Below are positions 17,139-41,050 of a DNA stretch of 64,000 nt, in pieces. The notes under the pieces are model-generated. The model saw nothing but the letters and a program-made list of their open reading frames with translations, searched no databases and was not told where the DNA came from. This DNA is from the human T2T-CHM13v2.0 reference genome, Homo sapiens, in assembly GCF_009914755.1 (NCBI RefSeq), contig NC_060939.1; one strand, written 5' to 3'. Within the stretch, counting starts at the first letter, position 1; the number at the start of each line of letters is the position of its first letter. Both the position numbers and the translations under genes were made by a program.

Positions 17139-18496
17139 TGAGGTTCTTAGAACATTTATCTTCCACCCTTCGTACCAAGACTTGTTTTAAAACAAACAAA
17201 CAAAAAACCCTTTTCTTTTAATAGCACAAAAAAGTTCTACAAAAAACTAGGAAGACGAAAGCTGCGTGACAGCAGAAGTTGGAAGGTTTTGTTTTGATGT
17301 TTAATGTCACGGTTTGCAAACTTCCTAAGAATTATAAATGCAAATATCCATGCTGTCCGGTTTGGGAGGGTGGTGTCAGACCTGGGCCTGCATCTCAGAA
17401 TTCCAGTTGTTTTACATTAGAGGCCAGAACAGTCAGTTTTCTGAATTCTCTTGGAACCAACAAGCCAGATCTTTTTTCTTTCTTTTTTTTTTTTTTTTTG
17501 GATGGAGTCTCGCTCTGTTGCCCAGGCTAAAATGTAGTGGCATGATGTTGGATTACTGCAACCTCTGCCTCCTGGGATCAAGCGATTCTCATGACTCAGT
17601 CTCCCAAGTAGCTGGGACCACAGGCACACGCCACCACACCCGGCTCATTTTTTAATTTTAGTAGAGAAGAGGTTTCACCACGTTGGCCAGGTTGGTCACA
17701 AACTTCTGACCTCAGGTGATCCACCCGACTTGGCCTCCCAAAGTGCTGGAATTACAGGCGTGAGCCATACCGCACCTGGCCCCAACAAGCCAGCTCTGGA
17801 GACTGGAATGACAGTTCTATGACTGCTCTGCCTTTGAGGAGAGCCACACAATGGTGGGGGGAGACAAGGCAAATAGTCTCAGGGACACAGTAGGGGAGTG
17901 GGATGAGGTAGCCAGCTAGTCATCACTCTCTGGAGAGCTCAGGACTCCCCAGCACCTTGGCTGCCCTTCACATCCTGGAGGGATCTGGCACACGCCAGTG
18001 TAGATCGGAGGGTCTGGACCCAGCATCCTTTGCTTCATTTAGCAAATATTTATTGAATATCAAGTACATACCAAGGCTTTCTGCCGATACCCGGTGCCCA
18101 AGAATGAATGAGATCTCATTCCTACCTTCAAGGAGCCCACGCACTGGCTTCATCACTCACTTTTTAAAAAAATTCAAATCTCTCCTCCTCCCACAAAGCT
18201 TTCCCTGGCTGCTTGGACCCACCATGATTACTACTTCCTCTGAGCTGCCTCTGTGGGCCTCGTCAGCCTCCTTACCTGGCACCCCCTACCTACCCCCTTG
18301 TAGTGAATGGTCTCCATTGAGTGTTCAATCTCTAAGAAGACTGCTCGCTCCTTGGGCAGGACCCTGTCCGGCACTGCCCTGGATCCAGCCCAACCCTTGG
18401 GCATGCAATGGGTGCTCTACCCAACAGCTGGGCCAGCAAGAGCCTGTACACCCAACAGAGGCCTGTAGCCCAGGTCTGGACCAAGTGCTCACTCAC

Positions 18497-18668
18497 CCTT
18501 CTTCTTGGTTTGGCACTTGACGTCCGGATGGTCAATGACCTCACACACGGCCACACAGCTAAGGATGGGGCCGAGGAGGCTGTGCTGCCACCCATGGCCA
18601 TGGGGGCTGTATATGAGGGCCAGGCTCAAGTCACTGGTGAGGTAGGTCCCCTCTCCGAACAAGGATGT
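18497..18668 (-). CDS. PARP16: PARP16 exon 4 ([13 protein letters not shown]...KCQTKKK; Y182)
   Basis: Acceptor ttgcAG at 18670-18669; donor G|GTGAGT; FGEGTY PARP signature; 172 nt. Confidence 0.96.
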
Positions 18669-20995
18669 CTGCAACAGCAAGGCCAATGGAAAAGAAACAC
18701 AGATGGTTGAATGTACAGTTGGCACGGCAAGACGACACAGGTCTCTCTTCAAGAGTTGTAAACACAAAATGTACAACCCCCGCTTTTTGCCCCAGCAAGA
18801 CACAGGATCAAATAATCCTGTGATATCATCACAGGGTTATTACTAAACACATTCCTGCCTGACAACAGTTTAACTGATTGTGGATTTGGCCATCTGGCCT
18901 GGCAAACTAGCAGTTCCTTGTGGTCAAGGTTGAGTGAGAAAAACATAGGTATAAGCATCCAAACCAACCTCGGTTTGAATCCTCCAGCAAGTGGCAAGTT
19001 ATATAAACTCTCTGTGTCTCAGTTTCTAGATCTACAAAATAATGTTACTAGTAGCTCCTTTACAAGGTTGCCAGTGAGGATTAAATGAGGCAATATACAT
19101 ACATAAAAGAGTGGGACATCTGGCACATCTAAATAAATGAGGGGCCAGTACTCCATTGCAGGCCTTTATGTTCTAGTATATAAAGTAATTCCTGTTACAT
19201 GAATGCAGTAGGCATGGTTACTCTGATGGGCTTCAAATGCAAAGTCACACCCTTAGGTACAGGGAAGGGGTCCCACCTGAGAAGGGAGGTAATCTGAGTC
19301 ATTACTTGGAAAAGAAATGAGTCTCTCACAAATAAATAAAAACATAAAAATTAAAAATAATAAATAAATTAGAAATTAGTCTCTTAGACCAGAAACTATA
19401 ACAAAATGAGGGAGGCCGACATGCGGGGCAAGGTACGTTTTACTCTTTGTACTGGGGTTGACCAAGAAAACATCTAAAAATCTAGGCAGCATCTCCCTGG
19501 TGGTGCCCTCCATAAGGAAGCATGCCAGGTGAAGGACCTGTAAGTTGAGGCTACAGCAGGCATAGTGAACACATCTTTGCCCATGGTAGATGACCAATAA
19601 CAAACCACAATTGCCAGCACAGTAATATCAAGCATGGCACTTATTCCTAATGATCCAGAATCCTCAACTTAACATTCCAGGTAGCTGCGACCAATGGATG
19701 GACATTGACGCTCAGGTTGAAATTCAACTGCTATCCCTGAGCCACACTATCAGTATCTCAAGATAAGTGGACTTGAATAGCTCACTGAAGAATATCTTAT
19801 GCTCTGGAATTGAGAAATGTCCTTTTCAGTAGCACCAGGCTTCCAAAATCCTAAATCTGTTAAGTGAAGCTTAGGGGAAATGAAACAGACCTTTGCTTGG
19901 CCTTTGGGAAGCTCTTTGCCAAGTTAGGCAGGGTCTCCATCTCTCAAAAGCTGACACAGACCTTCTCCAATGACACTGGATGCCCTCTGATCTGACCCCA
20001 CATCCATTCTCTGCTTATGCCATCATGTGTTCACCCTTCCTTAGACTTGAGAACCCCATGCAAGGCTGCCATGAGCAGTGGTGTACAAGAGTGGGAAGCT
20101 CAGTGTATCTCTGCCATGAAAACAGTATCAGTATCAACTGGCAGATGGACTCCCTCAAGCAAGCCCTTCACTGAAAACCCAGGCAGAGGGGCCATAGGAG
20201 GATTGATGTGCTTTACCAAAGGATTTTTGTAAGATGCCTCTAAGCAGCAAACTCCCTGGGGCACTAAAATGAAGGTTTAGTGTACAAGAGTATAATCTGC
20301 AGGCAACTTCTCCAGGCCAGCACCAGTGTAAAGGGGAAGCCCCCTGAATTCCAGTAGCCTGGACATAATGGTAAGCTGAGAGCCAGTGGTGGACTGAGAG
20401 CCAGTGTAAACAAGCCCGTCATCCTTAGCAAAACCCAACGACATTAACCAGATACACCAGGGAAATATCTCCAGTCTCAGGGCTGCAGCAGCCACAACTG
20501 AGCCCATGGCTCATGGAGCCAGCTCCTCACAGACAAGGCAGATACTGCCATGACTGGGGGAAAGGCCTGCAGCTCCTCCAACTACCCTAGATGCCCCTCC
20601 ATCAGCATATAAAAGCAGCTACCTCTTCCTTGGTACTTAGTACACAAAGAGCCCTTTGCATACATGAACTGTTTTAATTCTCTGACATATAAGAAGGAGG
20701 GTAATGGTGTCCTTTTTTACAGATGAAGAACCTGAGGCTCAGAGAGTTTAATTTACTCAGGGCCATAGAGCTGCTAAGTAAGTCTCTGTAGCTCCAGGGT
20801 CTGTCTGTAATGCTCCTCCTATACCTGAGGGGTAAAATAAATGCCTGCAGAGAAGTGGATAGATGACTGTTTTGACTCATAAAAATGGGACAAAAGCAGC
20901 TCAAGAGGGGAGGGAAAGGACCTCTCCTCGGTGCATCTTGGCATATCCCTCAGTTTCTCCAAGGGCTGATTTCCTGGAGTGTGGTCCCCAAGGAA

Positions 20996-21790
<795 letters not shown>

Positions 21791-21909
21791 GCGTTAGTAA
21801 ACCTACCCGACCCCACCTGCAAACTCCTAGGGTTCTGAATCTCCCCCTCCCCACTCTCCCACCTCCATCCCTGCTTCCCCACATCAGCAGGGTGTCCCTT
21901 AGGCCCCAC

Positions 21910-22116
21910 CTTGTTCAGATGGCAGTGCAGGCCATTGTGGATAATGGAATGGAAGTTTTCTAGGCGGCTACCATGAAATGCATAGATTAGGTCTCGTTCT
22001 CCTTTGGTCTCATAAAATTTGGCGTTGGCTGGGTCAAAGTACTCAATTTCAAACAGGAAGTCCGGTGCAGGAACAGGCGTGTGAGGAGCCCCAGTCAGCT
22101 TTTGGATCTTTTCAAA
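21910..22116 (-). CDS. PARP16: PARP16 exon 3 (FEKIQKL...[24 protein letters not shown], aa 105-173; catalytic H152)
   Basis: Translated by hand (not in ORF track); acceptor AG at 22118-22117, donor AAG|GTGGGG; ART FHGS motif; 207 nt, phase 0-0. Confidence 0.96.
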
Positions 22117-22264
22117 CTTGAAAACATGAAGAGCATCAAAATTTTATTTGGGGAGCTGGTAAATGTGCTGCAAAAATAGCCCCCTAAACTCTCAGGCTTA
22201 ACTCCCATGGACTCTGCTCATGAGAACAACAGGTTTCATGAGGATAGAGACATAAGCAAACTCA

Positions 22265-24841
<2,577 letters not shown>

Positions 24842-26280
24842 AGTGGTTTTCAAATAGTAGGTCACAGACCAAAGCCAGTCTATGGCAAAGTTTTCTCTGG
24901 ATTATGACTGAATGAGCAAAATAAGGGCTATATAACAGATATATTGATGTAAGGTTGCCATGTACCTTTCTTTGGAAGAACTGTTCTTCATTCTGAAGTC
25001 AAGGCCATCCTCCTTTCTTAGTACTATAATATCCTTTTATAAAATGATGATACATGGTAGGCTAACATACTTACTTGGGCAATACAAAAAGTTGACAATC
25101 CTGGGTCCCAATACCCCACAGTTTAAAAGAAATTTAACTGGTCCACAATCAAAAGTCTAGGAGCTATTTATTGCCTTATCTACTTTAGCACCCAACATCT
25201 AGTAGGTGCTTGATGCCCATATGAGGTAAGAATAAATGAATGAATAAATTTGAATTCAACACATAACAACAGTGAAACCCAGAGATTCACTAGGAATTAG
25301 CCACCCAGCCTGGAACTGAATACAGATCTCCTGACTCCCACCTCCAGGGCTCTTTATGGTATTTTAACATCTAACACAGAAGAATGTCCCTTAGATACCA
25401 GAATCCAAGGTACCAAATTCTACGCCACATAGGAAAGATGTGTGTCTTTGGCAGGAGCTTGTAAAATTGAATACTCTTAAATTGAAATGAATTAAGTGAT
25501 GAACAGTATGGGTAAAGGAAGAGCACCAGAGCAGGAATCAAGTCCTACACCCTGGTCCTTGTTATCCAGCCTGTCCCTGGGAGACCCCAGCCAGGCAAGG
25601 TAAACCAAATTATGGAATGTCTGACTTGTGCCAGAAACTGTGCTGGGGGGGTGACACACATTTTATCAGTGCCCCACTTTGAGGTAACTATCAGCATCTC
25701 AATTTATAAATGGGAAAAAGGAGGCCCTTTTCGATAGAAATGGGATTTGAACCCAGAGCATGAGGTTTTCCACTCCTTTGAGCTCTGCCTCTCCATCTCC
25801 TGATAACTGAACTAGGTCGGAGTTTCTTAAGGTATGGTCAGGGTCACCCTAATCAGAATTACCAGCAGTGCTTGTTAAATAAAGTGAATCCCAACACATA
25901 CTGAGCCCTTAGTATGTGCCCTTAGGCATTTTCAAAGTGTGAAAATTCATTCAATTCTCATAGTCAGTGCCTGATGGAAGTATACTATTATCATCCCCAT
26001 TTTATAGATGAGGAAGCGGAGGGACTGAAATGCACCTGGTACCTACTCAAGGTCACACAGCTGAGATGAGACAGAATTCAGCTTTGTACAGCCAGTGGGA
26101 AAGCTCCTGGGCCTGACTCCAGACACAGAACTAGAAAGTCTAAAGGTGAGGACCAGGACTCTGCATTCTCAAGCTGCCCAGGTCACTGGTACACAGGGAA
26201 GTCTCAGAGCCACTGGATTCAGTGCTGTCCTAGAGCCCTTAGGCCCCTAAAATCTGTGATGCTACGGACCAAAGTCTCAC

Positions 26281-26418
26281 CTCTGCCTTCCCTGCACTGT
26301 GGATTGTCAGGACCTTTGAGGATAAAATCCAGCTCACCAGGTCCCAGGCCCGTTTGTGGTTGTCTCCGGAGGACTGGAGAAGTTCTTTCAGGTTAGGTAA
26401 CTTGCTGGCATCTGCAAG
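26281..26418 (-). CDS. PARP16: PARP16 exon 2 ([10 protein letters not shown]...SAGKAE, aa 59-104)
   Basis: Acceptor ttcAG at 26420-26419; donor GAG|GTGAGA; 138 nt, phase 0-0. Confidence 0.96.
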
Positions 26419-26578
26419 CTGAAGCGACGGAAGAACTTCCATTAGCAAGGATCCCGGACACAGTGATAATCAGGGGCCCTCTAGTGGGAAGGCAGGCAAC
26501 GTTCACTTGTTGCACGTCTCAAGGGATCTCCTGAGAGGAAATTCACAGGTCTACAATCCCCTTTCCAAATAATACTAA

Positions 26579-26939
<361 letters not shown>

Positions 26940-28343
26940 TAAACTCTTTGGGTACCAAACCTGACCTGAGCTGATGTGAGGTTTAATCTTTACCTATCCC
27001 CTTCCTGTTAGTATCAGTGCATTCTGCTGCAGGAATATTAACATGCCATGAGTATGGCATGCCACCCACTGGAGGTGTGACTGAATACATGATACATGCA
27101 CATGTGGGTAAAGCGCTACATTACAAAGCCTTTTCCTTTCTGTGTGAGAATTAGTTAACTTCTGTTAAGTTGTTCCCCTGGAGACTGGATAAAGGTAGTA
27201 TGACAACTACATACGTAATCAGGCAACACTGCTTAAGGTAAAAATGACCCAGCATGGTACACGGCATCTGGCCTGGGAGGAACTGTAAATGGGGAATGCA
27301 TAACTTTGGGTTTCCCAGAGTGTGACAATGTTTTGTTGGAACACTGGAAGCTTTGTTGATGACATTCTCATGAGTGAGACCAGCCTCTGAGGAAAATGGA
27401 GCTTCACTTAGGCCAGAGCAGTTCCTGCACCCACCCCATGTGGATCTCATCTCTTTACTCCCAAGTTTTCACTTTTGGGGGCAAAGACTAGCTCTTGGAC
27501 CTCTATGTGGACCACTGCAAGGACTTCCACAGAAACACAGTGCCTAATGCTGTGCTGCTGAAAGCTGTCATCAGTCCTAGAGCCTTTGGATTTAGGCTGA
27601 TGTCCCGTGGGACCTGTGATAGGACTCAGCCTAGTTGTCATTGCAGCACATTATTTACCATTCTAAAATCAGGAAGAATCGGAATCCTGAAACATATTCA
27701 GTGCCAGGATTTCTGATAAGGGACTGGGGACTTGGACTAACAGATAGCAACAAAGTATCTGTAGCTTTTGCTCAGAAGTTATGACTGACTAGAGGTCAAA
27801 CCTCTCCAGCATGGCATTTAAACACCTCTAGCCTAATCTCAACCCCTTACCATCCCCTCCCCATCACAGACTGGTTCTATTCAGGAGCATGTCTTGTTCC
27901 AAGAATACCCCTTCCCCCACCTCTACTACCCAGGCACTTCTGATCCAAGAGACCACTCTCTCCTCTAAGCCCCTAAAGCCCATTGCCCCAGTTCTCCCTT
28001 CCAAGTATGGCCAGACACCTGGAGGTCAAGAACTGTCTTGTGTTTTTCCAATTCTCCTCTTTCCTGGATGCAGAGAAACAGCATGAACTGTGGAATCAGA
28101 TCTCAGTTGGAATCTCTGTTGAGCTTCTATCTCCTCTCCAACAAGGGCACCTCTCTACCTCGCCAAGGGGTTGTCAGGAAGTTTGAAGAAGGTCACAGAA
28201 TCTCAGGGCTTGGTCTATATATGTCCATTTCTTTTCTTTCCATTTACATTTCTCCCCAGACAACACTGTCCTCCCAAACCCTGGCAACCTTTCCTTCTGC
28301 TTTGCAAGGGATGTAGTTGGCACTTCAAGAATACCTGTGTGGT

Positions 28344-30518
<2,175 letters not shown>

Positions 30519-31651
30519 CTACTAAGAGGACAAGGTGGGACTCCTGTTGCGTAGGGGCTAAAGGAAAAGGGGGTGGGGTTGGGACCAGCTTCACAGAGGA
30601 GGTACTGTATGATCTGGGTTTGCTATATGAAACCACAGAAGTATAAAAGCGCAGCATGTAGCTGGGGAAGTGGGTGGTGGCATGGTTAATTGTGCAGTTC
30701 TCCCAGGCATCTGGGGCTCTATTCCTCTACTAGCTGTGTGACCTTTAGTGAGATGTTTGACTTCCTGTGTCTCAGCTTTCTCAAATACATAATTGGGATA
30801 ATATCAGTAGCTACTTCATAGGGTCCCGGTGGAGATTAATCAAGTTAAACAAGTGCTCAAACCAACAGGAAAGTATTAAGTACTCTAATGTTAGTGTGAC
30901 TGCCATGACTGTCATCATTAACAACAGGTAATTCTGTGTGGCTGGAACCTAGAGTGTGGGGAAGTGGCTGCCAAGAGGAAGAGTGGGAAGGTGACCTCAA
31001 GTGAGGTCATCTCAAATGATCCTGTGAAGGACCCTGTACTCCACTTGGGAACCCCAAGCTTTGTTCTGTAGGTTATACAGAGTCACTGAAGACATATCCC
31101 AAATGGTGTACCCTCAGGTAGCTTACCCATACAGGACTGCTGCCTGCACAGTCCAAAGGGCACTCATCCCCCTTCCTTCTTTTCTATTCCTTGTTATCTC
31201 AGAGCCAGAGCTGAGTCATCTTCTCTCCAAAGATTACTACTATTCCCATCACTCGTGTCCTCAAATCCCACCTGTGAGTCACAGCCCTTGTCAACAGTCC
31301 ATATCTAGGCCCAGAGAGCCCCACAAAAGGACAGTCAGCTAGCCAGGTGCCTTTCAGGGACTCAGTCTGGACAAAGGGGAGAGATGCCTCCTAGCTCCAA
31401 GCTGGACCCAGGCCTCTTCCCGGCCCTCCTACTGCATCTGCCCAGACAGGGTCCCTGCTGCATCCTGCCCTCCTTGCTCCCCACCATCTGTCCACACTCT
31501 TTAATTCCTCAACTGACCTTCTTTATGTCCCATTTCACTTTGCGTGTTACTCTGAAAAATAAATCTGCTTCAACAATTTAATAGGATTCTTCCTCTTGTG
31601 ACTAAAACCTGTCTGCATTTTAGCAGGGCCTTTTGGGAACCAGGCACACAA

Positions 31652-32430
<779 letters not shown>

Positions 32431-35400
32431 CCTTAATAAGGCACTTAGGAATCCAGTCTGGCCTCTTTGCTTAACAGTACCTCCTGCCACTAACTCCCTC
32501 CCCACCCCCAATGCTATTCCTCATGTGACCTATGGTTTTCTTCCTCTGTGCTTCTGTGGCTGCCTACCATGACATCCCACTGAGTCTTCAAGGTCAGCAG
32601 TCACCTCCCACGTGAAGCCTTCCCTGACCACCTACAACCTCTGTACTCAATAATTGTATTCTATTGTGTTCAGCAATACAGCAGAGCCCCATGTTGGTAC
32701 CTGACCCTCTGGGGCCAACTCATATCTGGTTGGGACAAACACTCCCTGAGGCCAACCACATCTTACTTACCCTGGATCCCCATGCCAGCCTGGAACCTGG
32801 CATGAAGTTAAGAACAAAAGAGTAATAGCTACTATTAATTTGAACCCTTACAGGTGCCAGCCACCAGAATAAATGCTTTGCATGAATTTATTGTTATCTC
32901 ATGTTATTCTCATAACCTGTTTTGAAGATGAGGAAACTGAGGCTTGGAGATGGTCAGCACCTTGCCTAGGGGCACACAGCTATTCAGTGGCAGGGTGGGG
33001 ATATGAAGCCAGGTGGCCCGACTCCAGAGTCTATTCTCCTGCCATACACTCCTACCAAATGAATGGAGAAATTTAGTGGTGGACTGAATATTTTAGCCCA
33101 AAGGAACAATTCTGGCAGAATTTTTAAGAGACTGCTTTGGGAAGCTAATCAGGTATGATATTGGAATTCCCCCCAATCCCAAAATAATACAACTGAGACA
33201 GCTACTGGCTGTGCCTAAGCCAAAGGTAGGGAGAAAGATGTATGTAATATGCAGTATAGGGGTATGTGGAAGAAATCACCATCTAGGCAAGCATTCTGAA
33301 TCACACATCAGTACATGGCAGTGGAAGGCATTTGCCAACTGGATCCAGGAGAATAATTATCCAAGAGGAAGGCAGGTATTTCCAGGGATGGGGAGGGTTT
33401 CCCACTCCAGGTGGGAAAGAGCACGGCAGATGGGCAGAGAAGTGAGCAGAGTGTGTCCCAAAAAGTGCTCCTCCTGGGCTCAAATGTCCCCCAGGGCCCG
33501 AGAGGTAAAGAAAATGAGTAACGGGAGCCCGGGAAAGAGTTGTGAAGACTGTGTTGAACTGGTGACTCCGGCCTCCATTAGTCGTCTAAGGCCAACCAAC
33601 CCTGAGCTCCAACTGCTTCCTGCCCTAGGGCAACCTCCACCAAAGGTGGTAAGGCCTCAGATTTTTGTTTCAAAAAGAAATCAACAAGCTGTCTTTTTAA
33701 TTTCCCAGTTTCCGAAAAGCTAGAGGACAAACAAAACCCGTCAGCTCACAGGCAACACATCTGCAGCCTCTGCTGTGGGGACTAAGGAAGGATATAGCTG
33801 GAGAGATAGCTGGGGGAATCTGAATGGTGAGCAGAGCTGAGAGCCTCAGGGGTTTGGGAAGAGAAGCCTCTTAGGAAAGAGGTACTTTGGGTGAATAGGC
33901 CTCACAGAGGAAAGAGAGGACCAATGAGCTACAAGGAAGCAACTCAACCTCCTTGCTTGGAGCAGGAGCAATCACTTAGATCACAAGCTCCTGGGGAGGA
34001 GGTGGCCCAGGAATCTGTGATTACAGATGTGGGTACAAGTGATTCTTATCATCAGGAAAAGCTGGAGATACTCAGGTTTAGATCTTAGACAATGTTGTCC
34101 TAGAAAGGTGCGGCAGCAGGAAAGAACAAACATCTGAAAAACATACTTGTCTAGGAAAGTGTCAGAGGTCACAGTTACTAGATGTGGGTGGAGGTGCTGA
34201 GAAGGAAATGAACCAAAGGTCTGCCAAGGTCACCATTTTTGGGACCACAGTGACACCCAGAACAGTGGGGCAGGGGCGATGAGTGGAGCTAGAAGGCTGC
34301 TGAAATGAAGGCTGAAGAGGTGGACACCACAGGTACAATTTGCTTTGCACAAACCTACAGTATGAAAGGCCAGATTTGCCAAAACAGATTAGGGATCAGA
34401 GTCTACAAAAGAACTCTTCACAGGAGGAGCCAGCATGGGGACCCTAAAGGGTTCTCCTAGGAAGTAGGGGTTCTCCTAGGAACTTTTAAAAGTCCTAGTG
34501 CCTGGGAGCAAGAGTGGTGTGCCATCACCACGTCCAGTGATTAGCTGATGGTGATGAAGATAATACTAAAACCTACAACCCTGAGTTGTTAGGAGGATTA
34601 AATGAGCTACGTGTAGTAACAGCTCAAGACAGCGCCACACAAACAGTAAGTGCTATTAGTGTGGTACAGGTGTTGGTTGCTATATTATTATTATCAATCA
34701 AATACCCTCTCTCTGCTGCTCACCAATCTGCTGAGGAAAGGTCTGCATTTCTGGGATCGTTGGAAGGAAAGAGATGGCTGGTCCTGGAGGGATGGATCCC
34801 ACCCCTTCACCCTCCATATCACCATCCCATTAGCTGATATCTTTCTAGACACATACCTACCCACTGACAGTCACATAATATTATATGTATCTATGTCTGT
34901 ATCCATATATTTTCAGACCTGTGTACTTTTTCTCCTCCACTGTTCAGATGCCATCTTTGAGAGGAGCAGAGAAATAAAAAGGTAATCTGAGAGATCGAGA
35001 ATCTTACCTTGAGATATCAAGTATAGACCTAATAGGCACTTTTATTATTAACAAATCTAATTGTTATCATTTCCTCACCATCCAGCAGGTATGGGTGCTC
35101 ATGAAAATGATCAAATCAGTTACTAGAAAAATAGAAAAGCTACATATTATCTGTAAGGAAACAAACAAAAAATCTCAATGCCAAGGCTGCACTTTAAACC
35201 AATCAAATGAGAATCTCTGAGGATGGGGCTCAGACGTCAGGGTTTTTTTTTTTCCTTAGTTTCCCACGTGATTTCAATGACAACCAAGGTTGAGAGGCTT
35301 GTAAAGAATGATCTTTCCAAACCGGGCTCAATGACACAACTCCTGCTTGAGACCAGGAGTTTGTAGACCAGCTAGGCAACATAGCGAGACTCCTGCCTTT

Positions 35401-35658
35401 TTTCTTTTAATCCAATAATAATAATAATAACGATCTTCCCCAGTTAATGTCAATATTCAATTTCCAATATGGAAATAAGCATCGAAAGCCTTCCTTAGAA
35501 AGGTTAGCCATGAGCCAGGTGTGGTGGTTCACGCCTGTAATCCCAGCATTTTGGAAGGTTGAGACAGGCGGATTGCTTGACTCCAGGAGTTTGAGACCAG
35601 CCTGGGCAACATGGTGAAACCCCATCTCTACTAAAAATACAAAAATTAGCCAGGCTTA

Positions 35659-35814
<156 letters not shown>

Positions 35815-36846
35815 TTAGCCATGGACCAGCAATTTCACCTCTCAGAATGTATCCAAGAAGACAACAACAGATATAAACAATGATTAATGTAGAAGGATGT
35901 TTATCAAAGTATTATTTATAAAAGCAAAATTTTAAAATTATAAAGAAACCCAAAAGAAGGACTCCTAACTGCTAGGGAGTGGAGGCACAGAATAAGGTGG
36001 AAATTTCACGTGTATCTTAAAGGATGAGAGGGAGTTTGCTTCAACAAAGATGGAAATGGCATCAGGAGGGCTCAGGACAGAGAGGAGCTTATATGCGCTT
36101 TAACCCAGACACTGGGGAGTCATGGTGTCTAGACAGTGCAAGCCAGAAACCAGAAAGAGGGAGGAAAAAAAAGAGAAAGACTCCTTACTCCTCCAGGACC
36201 AGGAGGCCCAATTAGAGCAGTTTGGCACCCCAAATGAGAACAGGGTAAGCTTCATGCAGTGCTTTTCAGACTTCACTATGTGTACAAATTGCCCAGATTT
36301 GTTAAAATGCAGATCCTGACTGGATAGGTCTGAGGCAGGACCTGCTTTTCTAATGAGCACCCAGGTGAGGCTCATGTTGCTGGTCCTCAACCACACTAAG
36401 CAGCGAGGGCCTGGAGCTAACACAAAGAAGCCATTCCCACACACTTCCCACCCCCAGAAAGGGTCTACAGGCTAATGGAGAACCAGAACATGCTATTTCG
36501 GGAGGGAAAACAGAACAAAAAACTGTACAGCTGCGACTGTGTCAAGTGACAAACCTGAAGTTCGGAGGCCAATGGTTAAGGGGTACAGGGAATCCCAAGA
36601 ATGTTACAGGTTCTCTCATCCAACCCTGGTCCCAAAAAGCAAGGTGAGAAATCCTGAGCCTGGGTATTCAGCACACGCACAATGTGATTCCTCAAACATT
36701 TGATAAGTACTTCCCAGGCCAGGCACTGGAAATACCAAGAGCTCCCAGTGTAAAATCAGAGAGCTGGCCAGGCACGGTGGCTCATGCCTGTAATCCCAGC
36801 AGTTTGGGAGGCCGAGGAGGGCGAATCACCTGAGGTCAGGAGTTCA

Positions 36847-37156
<310 letters not shown>

Positions 37157-39479
37157 TCAGACCTAAAGCCAAGAGCTTGGTTCAGCAGTGGGGAGTTCTC
37201 AGGAAATCACCAATCAATAAAGTAATTTAAGGCACAGGTCTAATTTTTGGAAACTGCAACCCTTGTGTTATAGGTGTGTAATAACACCTCACAGTGTGGA
37301 CAAAGATTTAAATGACTGAAAATGGTAAACTTTCACATTACTTCCTAGTGCTTTTAGCTGAACAAATGAAAGTGAGAGACTTTTTTTGAGACAGGGTCCC
37401 ACTTTGTCACCCAGAATGGAGTGCAGTGGCACAATCACGGCCCACTACAGCCTTGACCTCCTGGTTCAGGTGAACCTCCGACCTCAGCCTCCCAAGTAGC
37501 TGGGACTACAGGCGTGCACCACCACACAGGCTAATTTTTTGTAATCTTTTTATAAAGACAGGGTTTCGCCATGTTGCCCAGGCTGCTTTCAAACTCCTGG
37601 ACTCAAATGACCCGCCCCAGCCTCCCAGAGGGCTGGGATTACAGGTGTGAACCACCGTGCCCAGCCAAGAGACTTTTTAACAGCTCCATACTTTCCTTCT
37701 TCAGGTAACTACAAAATGATCTAGCCAGTCCATTCCAGACCTGATTCCCTTTTCTTTAAAAGTTAGACTTTGATTCAGATACAGATCCAGATGCCCAGTT
37801 CTCTGCATCATTTCAGTAACTCATGTGACGTGGCAAAACGAGGCCTAAAGTGTGTGTTTATCTAAGAATGTATGCATGTCCCCAGAAATGGTGCCAGGCC
37901 CCACCTGTGAGCAGTCTTGCTGCTGACGGCCATGCCTACAGACAGCCAAGAATCTATGTAGTCTGGGCTATTTTCCTCAACAATGGTGCCCTATAAGGAA
38001 TATGGCAACAGAAATGGATGGTAAGAATGCGTGTTTCTCCAGTAGCCCTCAAGAGAAAGGGTAACTATCTGGGACTGGTACAATAAACCCCATGGGAGGG
38101 GCAGTCTGTCTCTATAGAGGAGGTGGCTTTTTGGGGCAACCTACGTTGCTGATGCTCTCTTAAGGGATTACAAGTGGGGCAAGGGAGAAGGGGGAGGATG
38201 GGCCCCAAACAGAGCAATTGATACCTTTGCAGAGGGGTGAGGGATAGAGTGAGATCTATCAGGGGCACTTTTACTTTACTGGTATCATTTGAATTTTTTA
38301 TAATGAGAATATATTCAAACATTACCTGCATAATTAAAAATAAATTTTAAAAAGCATGATCAAAACAACTCCACAAGCCCCTTTGCATGTATCCCATATT
38401 CACCAAACAAACCTGATTGCATTCGCCAAGACCTTCCAGCAGAAAGAAAATAAGTTCCAGATTCTAGTCCACTTAGAGATATGTTTCTTGGTAAAAATTA
38501 AAGCTGCACTGTGGCCAAGTGCAGTGGCTCAAGCCTGTAATCCCAGCACTTTGGAAGGCTGAGGTGGGAGAATTGCTTGCGCCCAGGAGTTCAAGACCAG
38601 TCTGCACAACGTTGTGAGACCCCATCTCAATTTTTTTTTTTAAAAAAAGCTGCATTGTGAGTTTGATCCCTCTGACCCCAAACACTCCTCCCAAACAGGT
38701 CCCTCTCTCACCCTGCCACCACAGGTGTCTTTCTGGATCTCACCTCTATACCCTCCCCTGCCCAAGGATAAAAATCTCCACAACTTAGCAGGGCATGTGT
38801 AGCCTTGCATGCTCCATAGGCTGGCCTCATCTCTTCCTGTTCCCCACAACAGTCACACTAAATCACAGTCTTGTCCTTCTCTGTAAGCTCACACCTCCTG
38901 GCTGACCATCCTGCTACTCCTCCTGGAATACTCTTTCCCTCTTCTCTGCTCTTGAAGTTCTGCCTTGGGACTTGGCAAGGCATCAGCCTCCACCCCTAGA
39001 TGGTGTTCCCTGAGCCTGGCCCAAAGCTGAGAGCTAGGGGGTGTCCTTGCTCTGGGCTTCCATGTTGTACGGCGCTTACCTAGTATGAGAGGTTAACACT
39101 GTTAACCTCTCCACGGGTTAATCCTGTATCCTTAGCACCTGTCCCATAGCAAACACTCCATAAGTATCTGTTGCCAAAACTGAATGAAGTTTCGTACCCA
39201 AGGTCCTGATACACCACACTCAGAAAATTGAGTATCTGAACCTGCAAGAACAAATCTCGAGGGAAGTCAGTCAATTTGCCTCTTTCTCCAACCTCCCACT
39301 TCCGGTACCCTGAAACGCCTGTGCACTGTGGTCACCACTTGAGATGCCCTCGACACATCATTAGGTGGGCTACCAGGACCAGGTCGGGCCAAGAGGCTCA
39401 GCCTTTGTCCCTCAACCTCCTAGGAATGATAGCAAAGGAGGAACCAAACACTGATGATTTCATCAGAGATAACGCTAAA

Positions 39480-41050
<1,571 letters not shown>

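Noticed and set aside
17957-18520. 187-aa plus-strand ORF antisense to PARP16
   Set aside because: Non-ATG start, runs through L2-like repeat, no recognisable domain.
34449-34482. Direct repeat GGGTTCTCCTAGGAA x2
   Set aside because: Small local slippage duplication with no further structure.
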